DNA from: a virus
Virus record (IMG/VR): IMGVR_UViG_3300008450_000020
Span: 9,622 to 73,621 of that record
DNA: 64,000 bases
Reading direction: 5' to 3' (one strand)
The position numbers and the translations under genes were made by a program. The notes under the pieces are model-generated. The model worked only from the letters and a program-made list of their open reading frames with translations, did not search any database and had not been told where the DNA came from. This document shows, piece by piece, positions 53,894 to 62,169 of this stretch (the first letter of the stretch is position 1; each line of letters begins with the position of its first letter).

Positions 53894-56053
53894 TTAATGT
53901 TTACTGGCTAAAGATTTCATTACGGATACCATAATGGTACTCATAATTTCTGCTTCATCCAGCTTATCTGGAATTTTATCGTTAAGATCAATTACTCTGG
54001 ATCGGATGTTTTCAAAATCGAATCCACCGTCTAACAGAATCATTGCATAACGTAAGAGCATGTTGTTTCTATTCCCGTCACCAATGTTAGTGATGACCCA
54101 ACGCTCAAGTTTGTCCAGTGACTGTTGAGAGTCAATAGCTTGTTTACGTTCTTCATTTTTACTGGTTTTAGGAATGAAAGGTAATGCGTCCAATAACTCA
54201 CCATCGTTGTATTCATAGTGACCTTCACAGGTTAGCCATTTACGAGCACGTTGGTTCACTGCAGTGTCTACATCAAATGGAAGCCACTCACAAATGTTAT
54301 TCATAAACTCTTTGTAGTCTTTTGCATCCATTGCTAATTCATAATTCAATGGAAGGATTAGACGGAATCTATGCTCTTCATCAGAGTGTCGTTTTGTGGT
54401 GTACAAGAGGTACTTATATTTTTTGAGAAGTAATTGAACAGTAGAGATGTTTACCCCACCATCAATATCAATCACAGCAAGGTTAAAACCTTGAATGCAA
54501 TTTTCTTCTGAACGATGCCCAAGACCTTTATTACCGTTTATCAAATGATGGTTGACCCAATGTAAATCAGGAGCATTCACCAAAATGTGTAATTTTTCAA
54601 AAGGAGGATTTTCGTTTACATAATTATCGGCAATGTCACCGCTGTAAGAAAGAACCATTTTATTGATATCAGTTTCTTTTAGAGTTTCACCGCGAATGAA
54701 TTCAATACCATCTGCAAAAGATTTCTTGATGATGATATTGTTCTTGTACCCATAAGCAATTGCAAGGCTCATCATTTCTGCTTTGTTACCTGCTGCTCCT
54801 CTGTAGAAAGGCAAATCTTCCACAAGATCGGCTTGGGTAATATCAGACTTAACTGTTGCAATATACTTGGCTAATTTAACGTAATTACGATCCCTCGTAA
54901 GTAAACGATTAAATGCTTCACCAGATTCTTCTGCTAACTTAATTGCATTGTATAAATGCTGTTCAGTCAGTTCAGGAGAATTATCCACAAATGCATAAGC
55001 ACCCGCTAATTTCAGAGCTTTGAAATACCGATGAGATATTTCAGCTTTCTTTATTTCTTCATGTTCTGGAAGGCTTGCAGCAATTGCCTCGCATTGAAGA
55101 CGGTACTCAATTAAAGCCATGCTGGTATCTTTTGACATGATAAGCTTCTTATCAATGTTAATGATATCTGCAAGTCTTTCTAAACGTCCTGCTACCTGCT
55201 CTAAGTAAATATTGCTCTGTTTGTTAGACAGGGCATCATAGACTTCTTGAGCGGATTGCACAGTTTGTTTTTGTTGAGCACGGATGTACCCAAAGAAGCA
55301 TCTCCGACCATAGCCAGTTTCTAGCATGGAATAGAGCTCCTCTTCAGTCTTACTACCATTGAGAAGTTTGGAAGGTGTACCAAACATAAGCATGTTCGTT
55401 GGGGTTCTCCCCACGATTTCTTCATTGCGAATACTTTCCGAAGTATTCTTAATTAGCTTTTGTTTGATGTTACCAATATCGTAAAGCTCTAAGAACGTAT
55501 TGAGTACGTCAATATTGCCAACAAGATTGGAACCAATCTCATCAATTTGAAGATTCATTGAGCCGGCATTGGCCATCAGAAGCTTATGCCGCATCTGCTT
55601 AACTGCTGCCGGCGTACCTGAATCAAAGCTGAACATGAACGTACCTGCTTGCTCATATTCTTTCTGTACACGTATCAATTCTTCATCTGGATCAGTCTGC
55701 TTTTTATTAGCTCTTTTAACTGCTAACTTAGGCAAATTCTGTTCTGCAAGAATTGGTAAAGTTTCTTCTAAAAACCGTTCACGGAATAAGTTGATTACAC
55801 TATTTTCCATGATGTTTGTAGAGAAACCCTTACCTGTTCCTGAAGGACTCAGATTGAGCGCATACATATTAACCGGGATGTCTCCACGATCATGTGTTTC
55901 TATTGTGGTACGCATCATGGAAGCTACTACACTAAAGTAATAACCTACAAGTACTCGAAAGAATAATGGATTTTCATTCTGTGTTTTACTACAGAGAATC
56001 TCCACTATTTTTTCTGAGGTTGGATGATGTACCATTTGATCTACTGGAATCAT
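53894..56053 (-). CDS. DNA primase (N4 gp43/Dns-like)
   Basis: SPSGTGKGFS, DEIGSNL, DIDGG, YTTKRH..RFR, PriCT-like GNRNNML. Confidence 0.9.
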   Translation of the reverse strand: MIPVDQMVHHPTSEKIVEILCSKTQNENPLFFRVLVGYYFSVVASMMRTTIETHDRGDIPVNMYALNLSPSGTGKGFSTNIMENSVINLFRERFLEETLPILAEQNLPKLAVKRANKKQTDPDEELIRVQKEYEQAGTFMFSFDSGTPAAVKQMRHKLLMANAGSMNLQIDEIGSNLVGNIDVLNTFLELYDIGNIKQKLIKNTSESIRNEEIVGRTPTNMLMFGTPSKLLNGSKTEEELYSMLETGYGRRCFFGYIRAQQKQTVQSAQEVYDALSNKQSNIYLEQVAGRLERLADIINIDKKLIMSKDTSMALIEYRLQCEAIAASLPEHEEIKKAEISHRYFKALKLAGAYAFVDNSPELTEQHLYNAIKLAEESGEAFNRLLTRDRNYVKLAKYIATVKSDITQADLVEDLPFYRGAAGNKAEMMSLAIAYGYKNNIIIKKSFADGIEFIRGETLKETDINKMVLSYSGDIADNYVNENPPFEKLHILVNAPDLHWVNHHLINGNKGLGHRSEENCIQGFNLAVIDIDGGVNISTVQLLLKKYKYLLYTTKRHSDEEHRFRLILPLNYELAMDAKDYKEFMNNICEWLPFDVDTAVNQRARKWLTCEGHYEYNDGELLDALPFIPKTSKNEERKQAIDSQQSLDKLERWVITNIGDGNRNNMLLRYAMILLDGGFDFENIRSRVIDLNDKIPDKLDEAEIMSTIMVSVMKSLASKH

Positions 56054-57054
56054 TTATTCTCCCAAAGAGTTAACTCGCCTCTTTCAATTAATAAATCCTT
56101 TTGACTGCACATATTAAAAGCTGGGCAGTAAAGGCACGCTTGTACGTTACCTGGAACTTCTTTGATATAGCCAATGTACTTGTCTTCAGCTAGTCTTACT
56201 TGGGCTGATTGAAGATCATCAAAGTTCTTAGTACTTCTTCCACCGGTTTTAGCTTTTTGTGGATCTTTGTAATACTTGTACACTGGAGCAGATCTCCAAA
56301 GATCTTCATCAGTGCAATGTGGTAACTGATCTTCAGGAGCATTCCAAAATTTATCTAATATAGATAAGCGACTTCTTATATAATTTTCTGTCTCTTGCGG
56401 AGACATCAAATTGAAGTTCTGAGTATGGAATGCTTTTTGAGGATAGTCAGGATCTTGTTTAGCTTTTGCTCTTGACCAATCAGTGAACAGATAATGGATT
56501 TGCATCCGATCCTCTGTAATCATTTCTGGGTCAAGCCAACGGTAAATACTGCCTTGTAAAGAATACTTAGCGTTATTCAACTGGTTCACGTAAGTAAAAC
56601 AAGATGTGGATTTATAGTCCTGAACTACTCCTTGACCTACAAAATCAAATTTACCGGTAACGGTCCACTTGCCCAAAGATTTGGATAAGCGTTGTTCCAT
56701 GTAAATTGGAATATCATCAGGGGTTAAATCTTCTTTTTTTGGGTTTATTTTGACACGGTTAATAACCTTGTCTGGATAGCCTAACGCCTTCATTGCATTC
56801 GCATAGTTAAATACCCATGCTCGTTCAATTCCGTCGTGTATGGCTGCTCCTACACGATTCTTAACCATATCAGCAAGATTTACTGCAGAGTCTGTAATTG
56901 GAACCCTTGCAGCAAGTATTACTTGCCTTACTGGTTTAATTAAAGATGTTGCAGAAATCGTGTTAGGGTCAGAATTATAGTCATAATTATCTGAAGCAAA
57001 AAATACACCTAATGCTAATGGAACTTCAGACACGTTAGTAAATCGTTTAACCAT
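56050..57054 (-). CDS. PD-(D/E)XK / Cas4-like exonuclease (N4 gp42-like)
   Basis: ISATSL, G.AIH, E.R, GKFDF..DYKSTS, LQGSIY, C...CLYCPAFNMC. Confidence 0.85.
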   Translation of the reverse strand: MVKRFTNVSEVPLALGVFFASDNYDYNSDPNTISATSLIKPVRQVILAARVPITDSAVNLADMVKNRVGAAIHDGIERAWVFNYANAMKALGYPDKVINRVKINPKKEDLTPDDIPIYMEQRLSKSLGKWTVTGKFDFVGQGVVQDYKSTSCFTYVNQLNNAKYSLQGSIYRWLDPEMITEDRMQIHYLFTDWSRAKAKQDPDYPQKAFHTQNFNLMSPQETENYIRSRLSILDKFWNAPEDQLPHCTDEDLWRSAPVYKYYKDPQKAKTGGRSTKNFDDLQSAQVRLAEDKYIGYIKEVPGNVQACLYCPAFNMCSQKDLLIERGELTLWENK

Positions 57055-57077
57055 AATATTCCTTATTTTTCACAGAA

Positions 57078-57090
57078 GGGCAGGATGCCC
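57078..57090. promoter_or_regulatory. GGGCA-GGA-TGCCC hairpin element, copy 2
   Basis: Identical to 14921-14933; upstream of the replication operon. Confidence 0.5.
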
Positions 57091-57102
57091 AGTTGGTGTG
57101 TT

Positions 57103-57438
57103 TTATGAGTAGAGTTCAAGCCAACGAGTTAATGTATCTCGCGCTTCACGAATATCATCAGCCTGAGATTTCTTACCAGTTCTCACTCCAGATAAAAGTA
57201 ATTTCTTACTTGCATGTTGTAGTGCTCCGGAAGGATCTTGAACATTAAACATTTTGTGTACTGCATAGACATCTATCTCTGTTAAGCCTTCAGTAGATTT
57301 GTAATACTTAGGGTATAACTCAGCAATAGATAACTTAGGGGCAGTTGGTATTTTTGGCTTAGCACATGAATGACACAATGATTGAGGAGACGTTGTGTGA
57401 TTAAGGCAGTCTTTAGTAATACATTTCCATTCAACCAT
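57103..57438 (-). CDS. Zn-finger + DUF3310/SaV-like protein
   Basis: Likely start MVEWKC; CxxxxC...CxxC; IDVY.V..MF.V.D....QHA.KKLL..GVR.G.K....DIREA. Confidence 0.65.
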   Translation of the reverse strand: MVEWKCITKDCLNHTTSPQSLCHSCAKPKIPTAPKLSIAELYPKYYKSTEGLTEIDVYAVHKMFNVQDPSGALQHASKKLLLSGVRTGKKSQADDIREARDTLTRWLELYS

Positions 57439-57670
57439 TTGAATTTTCCTTAGGTGCGTAATACCCACTCATGCGTTTTTTTACTGATTCAGGTACTTTT
57501 AAAAAGTGATACCAAGCTTCAAAGAATTCCCAACTACGAGAATTCCAAATTACTTGAACTACCACACCACCTTTACTTAATGCCCATACTTTTTGACCAT
57601 TTTGAGGAGGGTTAATAAGGGCATCTTGCATTTCTGCTGTATGCACCGTAGGACGATCTATCTCAGCCAT
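57431..57670 (-). CDS. Hypothetical protein (DUF551-like pattern)
   Basis: PPQNGQKVWALSKGG...W...FEAW. Confidence 0.7.
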   Translation of the reverse strand: MAEIDRPTVHTAEMQDALINPPQNGQKVWALSKGGVVVQVIWNSRSWEFFEAWYHFLKVPESVKKRMSGYYAPKENSNG

Positions 57671-57885
57671 TAGTTATGCTCCTGTTCAATTAGTCGTCTG
57701 ATCTCTTTAACAGGAATACCTGTTTGTTCATGCACTTTTAAAATGAATACTGCACCAATATTTACTTCACCACTGCGCACTCTTGAAATAGAGCTAGGGT
57801 ACATGTTTAAACTAATGGCAAGATTCTTATCATTCTTGGCCCCATATCGTTTAAATAAGGTGTTAATTAGGGTGATCGCTGTCAT
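57670..57885 (-). CDS. Small XRE-like HTH protein
   Basis: TLINTL...KNDKNLA.SL...PSSISRVRSG..NIGA..ILKVHE.TGIPVKEIRRL. Confidence 0.75.
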   Translation of the reverse strand: MTAITLINTLFKRYGAKNDKNLAISLNMYPSSISRVRSGEVNIGAVFILKVHEQTGIPVKEIRRLIEQEHN

Positions 57886-57903
57886 AGTGGGTAGCCTTTC
57901 TCG

Positions 57904-57909
57904 TATAAT
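57904..57909 (+). promoter_or_regulatory. Possible sigma70-type late promoter -10 for the tail module
   Basis: TATAAT ~55 bp upstream of 57965; no good -35 (N4 late promoters are SSB-activated). Confidence 0.35.
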
Positions 57910-57964
57910 ACTTTCATGTTTTTCCTTTCAGGTTAAAATCAATTACAAAAATTAGAGGTAAATA

Positions 57965-60900
57965 ATGACAACTTGTGTTGATAATGTTTGCGGTCTAGGC
58001 GGGTTTAATAACCCTAAACCAGGCGACCCAGATAATAATTCTGTATTAACTGCTACCCCTGCTTATGGAGGTATTGATCTTAACTGGTCGTTTCCTTCTA
58101 CTAATCCATGGGCTGTTGCGCATACTCGCGTATATCGCGCAATAAGCAATGATGTAATGAGCTCTCAATTAATAAAAGTAATTGGGGGTAATTTCTATTA
58201 TGATCCGGTTCCTCCTAATGTTCTCTATTACTACTGGATTGAGTTTGTATCTGTCAATGGTACTTATGGTTCATTGATTGGCCCTGCTTCATCTACTGCA
58301 ATGAGTACTATTGAAAAAACGATAGAGGATCTTACAGGAAGAATTGATGCGGGGGTACTAGCCCAAAGTCTTAAAGGTGAAATAAATAAAATTGTTTTAT
58401 TGGATTCCACTATTACTGATGAAATACAAAATCGTTTAGATGATCAAGCTGCTCTTGGTAATTTAATTACTTTAAGTGATGGTACATTAGTAAATGCTTT
58501 AACTATTCTTGAAACAGAAACACAAGCAAGGATTACCAGCGAAGGTGCCATAGTCAACTCTATGAATTTAATGGCTGCTGGGTTTGAAGATTCTCTTGCC
58601 GGAGTAGTAGAAGAAGTAAATATTTTAGTGGGGCCTGATTCGGCTTTAGCAGAAAAAGTACTTACTACTGAAGCTGAGGTATTTGGTAATGTTACTACAG
58701 GACAAGTAGGGCTTTCTTCTAAGGTAATTACTTTGGATGGTAAAGTTGTTTCTATTGGTTCTCTGTACACAGTCAAATTAAATACCAATGGTTTGATTGG
58801 TGGTTTTGGTACGTATAACGATGGCACAACAGTACAAGCAGGCTTTGATGTCGACTCGTTTTGGGTTGGTAGAACATCTGCAAATATGCGCAAACCATTT
58901 ATCATTGATAGCGGTGTTGTGTATATTGATGAAGCTGCGATTAATAAATTAACCTTCTCTAAATTACGTGATGAATCTGGTTCATTTATTGTTGCCAACG
59001 GAAAAGTTAAAGCTAACTACTTAGACACAAATGGTTTGATCATTCGTGATGCAAATGGTGTACCTATCTTTGGTTCAGGCACTCCCTTAACCTTAGATTT
59101 TATTACTGGTTTAGGTTCTTTTGCTACTAGAAATAGTTTAGGGTTTACTGATCTTATTGGAAGTAAGCCAGCTATTGATGCAACTAATGGTGCTCCTGCT
59201 GGAACATTTGTAAATGGGGTAGCTGTCGCTACACTTACTTCTAATGCTGCAAATGGTCTAAGTGCTTTCACTGGAACTGTCAAATATCGCACCGGAGGTG
59301 CTCCTACAAATGCGCCTGTGGCTACTGGAATTACAATCACCAATAACACTAACGGTACTTGTAATATCCGTTTAGATTGGGCTGCATACACTCAAGGCAC
59401 AAACCAAGCTGATTTTATTATTCTGGCTTGGACAAAGGATTCTTCAGCACCTGGGTTAGCAGACTCTACGATCTTATTTAATGTTACATCCGGTGCTTCA
59501 TATTATGTATTTGAAGGCGTGAATCCTGCTGACACATATAGCTTTGGTATTGCTGCAGGACGTAGAACTGAATTAGGTTTAGAGATTACTTCTTTACATA
59601 CTCCTACTACTGCTCCTGATTGGAGAGGAGTGACCGGAGGTACACCTAATTTCACTGCAAATATTGATGGCGTATCTGCCGCAGTTCTTAAAGCAGGTAT
59701 TGAAAATTTCAATAATCGAAATGACCGTAATGCTGCGGGTATTTCTTTACCTTCTGTAGCAGGTAATGGTACTGCTGTGGATCACATAGCAAACACAGAT
59801 GGTAGTGTTGATTTAAGTTTTGAATGGGGGTGGTCAGGTAATAATGCAGATATTGATGGTTGGATTATCTATGTACATTCTGCAGCTTCAAGCACTTCTT
59901 TCTATTCATTTGGCACATCTGTAGCTACAGAAACTTTGTACTATACTGCACCAGAAAAAAGAGCATTTTTATTATTGGGTGTAGCGGCAAATAAATACTA
60001 TACCTTCGGTATTGAAGCTTATCGTGTTGTGGATAAAGATATCAATGCTTCAGGGATTATTCGTAGTGGGGTTATTACAGGTAGTTTAAGTGGAGAGAAT
60101 CCATATCAACCTAGTTCTACTGTAGCTTTTGCTGGGGATATTACTGGAACAATTAATAGTATTAATGCTTCTACTGTAATCTCAAATGCTTCTAATGGTA
60201 ATGTAGCTTTTGCAGGAACAGATAAATTTCGTACTGCTGCTGCTCCTAGTAATGTTCCTGTAATAGGAACCATAACGCAATCGCAAACTTCTGATGGAAA
60301 TATTGTTGTAGAAGTTCCTTACACATATTCACAAGGTACTTTGCCTGCAGATAAGCTTTATGTTTACTACCGAGAAGGTGGAGGTACTGTAACATCCGCT
60401 GATACAGCAATGGCTACTAATCCTGTATCTGGTTCAATGGAATTTACATTGAAACCTCAGACCACATATTCATTTGGTGTGCAAGCAGTTCGTACAGTTG
60501 ATAGTGGCCCTATAGGAACTACTATTACTTCTTCTGCAAATATCACAACTACAGAAGCTTTATTTAATGGCTCAGTTGCGGGTAAAGCTGCGTCTCTTAT
60601 TGTGAGTGCTGTGAATAACTTCAATACAGCTAACGATAGAAATGCTACTGCTGTATTAGCCCCTACATTAAACAACTCTGGTAACTGTGTCGACCATACT
60701 CTTCAAACAGATGGTAGTGCCAATATTAGTTTTGAGTGGAATTGGTCTGGTACTGAAGGAGATATTGACGGTTTCCAAGTATTTGTATTTCAATCTAGTA
60801 CTTTCAGTTCTTCGTATAACTTCGGTACAGATGATAATGCAGAGACTGTATATGAAGTTCCTGCTGTTAAAAGGGCTTTCATTATTTATGGTACTCCTGC

Positions 60901-61762
60901 GAATAATTACTATACCTTTGGTGTACGTGCTTATCGTAAAGTAGATAAGGATATTGCACCTGCAGGTATCATTGCCAGTACCTTAGTTAAAGCTACTTAC
61001 ACAGATGAGAATCCCTATCGTCCTTCTGCTAGTGTAGCTTTCGTAGGTAATGTAACTGGAACCGTAAACAACATTCCTGCAAACCAAGTAAATGTATGGA
61101 GTAGTATTTCAGGGACAGGTAAACCTGTTGATGGTGCTGATGTAACTGCAAACAACACTGCTGCAGACTTTGTGGGTCGTGGTGTTCTCGCTAGACAGGA
61201 TGCGGTATTTCTTGGTTCAACAGTTAAGTTTGCTAACGGAGATGTAATTGGTTTAGGGGATCTAGTTACAAGATTATCTAAAATCGGTTCCGGAAACATT
61301 AGTACATTTGTTGATGGATTAGCTATTACAGATGCTTATATAGGTAATGCTGCAATTAAAACCGCTAAAATTGATGATCTAGCGGTAAATACCCTTAAAA
61401 TAGGTACTAATGCAGTTACTATACCTAATGCACAATCCTGGCCGGGAACTACAGAGGGTACTGGGGCTAATATTACTGTAGCTACTCTAGCCATCACCTT
61501 GGATTACCCAGGTACTGTTTATGTAGCCTGTGGGGGGTATATTAGTTATGGTTCAGGGTGGAGAACGGTGACTACTTCGTTGTATATCAATGGTACAGGT
61601 GTAGCTAGTGGGGGTGGTGCAGAAGGGTGGACAAACGCAGCTCTGTCTGGGGCATTAGAGGATCAGCCTGCAGGTACATATACTGCTACATTAGTATTTA
61701 ATGGTGCTGCCGGTAGTCGGATACATAATCCTTCTTTATATATTGTAGGAACAAAAAAATGA
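57965..61762 (+). CDS. Tail fibre/tip protein (FN3-like + DUF1983-like, internal duplication)
   Basis: N-terminal FN3-like (YYYWIEFVSVNG), DUF1983-like YTVKL..NG.IGGFG..KPFII..G.VYIDEA.I, duplicated beta-sandwich pairs. Confidence 0.85.
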   Translation: MTTCVDNVCGLGGFNNPKPGDPDNNSVLTATPAYGGIDLNWSFPSTNPWAVAHTRVYRAISNDVMSSQLIKVIGGNFYYDPVPPNVLYYYWIEFVSVNGTYGSLIGPASSTAMSTIEKTIEDLTGRIDAGVLAQSLKGEINKIVLLDSTITDEIQNRLDDQAALGNLITLSDGTLVNALTILETETQARITSEGAIVNSMNLMAAGFEDSLAGVVEEVNILVGPDSALAEKVLTTEAEVFGNVTTGQVGLSSKVITLDGKVVSIGSLYTVKLNTNGLIGGFGTYNDGTTVQAGFDVDSFWVGRTSANMRKPFIIDSGVVYIDEAAINKLTFSKLRDESGSFIVANGKVKANYLDTNGLIIRDANGVPIFGSGTPLTLDFITGLGSFATRNSLGFTDLIGSKPAIDATNGAPAGTFVNGVAVATLTSNAANGLSAFTGTVKYRTGGAPTNAPVATGITITNNTNGTCNIRLDWAAYTQGTNQADFIILAWTKDSSAPGLADSTILFNVTSGASYYVFEGVNPADTYSFGIAAGRRTELGLEITSLHTPTTAPDWRGVTGGTPNFTANIDGVSAAVLKAGIENFNNRNDRNAAGISLPSVAGNGTAVDHIANTDGSVDLSFEWGWSGNNADIDGWIIYVHSAASSTSFYSFGTSVATETLYYTAPEKRAFLLLGVAANKYYTFGIEAYRVVDKDINASGIIRSGVITGSLSGENPYQPSSTVAFAGDITGTINSINASTVISNASNGNVAFAGTDKFRTAAAPSNVPVIGTITQSQTSDGNIVVEVPYTYSQGTLPADKLYVYYREGGGTVTSADTAMATNPVSGSMEFTLKPQTTYSFGVQAVRTVDSGPIGTTITSSANITTTEALFNGSVAGKAASLIVSAVNNFNTANDRNATAVLAPTLNNSGNCVDHTLQTDGSANISFEWNWSGTEGDIDGFQVFVFQSSTFSSSYNFGTDDNAETVYEVPAVKRAFIIYGTPANNYYTFGVRAYRKVDKDIAPAGIIASTLVKATYTDENPYRPSASVAFVGNVTGTVNNIPANQVNVWSSISGTGKPVDGADVTANNTAADFVGRGVLARQDAVFLGSTVKFANGDVIGLGDLVTRLSKIGSGNISTFVDGLAITDAYIGNAAIKTAKIDDLAVNTLKIGTNAVTIPNAQSWPGTTEGTGANITVATLAITLDYPGTVYVACGGYISYGSGWRTVTTSLYINGTGVASGGGAEGWTNAALSGALEDQPAGTYTATLVFNGAAGSRIHNPSLYIVGTKK

Positions 61763-62130
61763 TTAATTATTCTATTGTAGAAGGAGATTATTTAATCTCT
61801 TTTGGTACAGTTGCTTTTGAGGTAGATTTACCTAAAGTCTCTGGGAATCAATCTATTTTATTAAACGAGTTACATAAACCTACTTTCGGTAATAAATCAG
61901 GTGAGCGTTGGAATATTAAAACTAATCGGTGGGAAGATGTTCGTACAGTTAAAGAAAAAGATGCTGCTAAAGAATTTGAGACACAAGCTGCACGTTATGC
62001 AGAATATCCCCCATTAGCTGACTTTGCTGATGCAATGTACTGGCAAAGTAAGGGGGATAATTCTAAGCTGACTGCTTATTTCAGTAAAATAGATACAGTT
62101 AAGCAAAAACATCCTAAACCAAAGAATTAA
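61759..62130 (+). CDS. Tail fibre assembly/chaperone-like protein
   Basis: RYAEYPPLADFADAMYW...IDTVKQKHPKP (XkdW-like tail-associated pattern). Confidence 0.7.
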   Translation: MINYSIVEGDYLISFGTVAFEVDLPKVSGNQSILLNELHKPTFGNKSGERWNIKTNRWEDVRTVKEKDAAKEFETQAARYAEYPPLADFADAMYWQSKGDNSKLTAYFSKIDTVKQKHPKPKN

Positions 62131-62169
62131 TGAGATAATTCTTTTCAATTTTATTACAGGAGTCTAGTA

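Noticed and set aside
56050-57054. Cas4-like nuclease as evidence of CRISPR-Cas
   Set aside because: It is the core N4 gp42 replication nuclease; there is no repeat-spacer array or other cas gene in the window.
57431-57670. W....KVPESVKKRM as a twelfth member of the array family
   Set aside because: It lacks the hydrophobic h-h-x-L-h end of the motif and fits a DUF551-like pattern instead.
59260-61085. Tail repeat pair as DGR template/variable repeats
   Set aside because: Both copies are in frame within one gene, differences are not adenine-specific, and no reverse transcriptase is seen.
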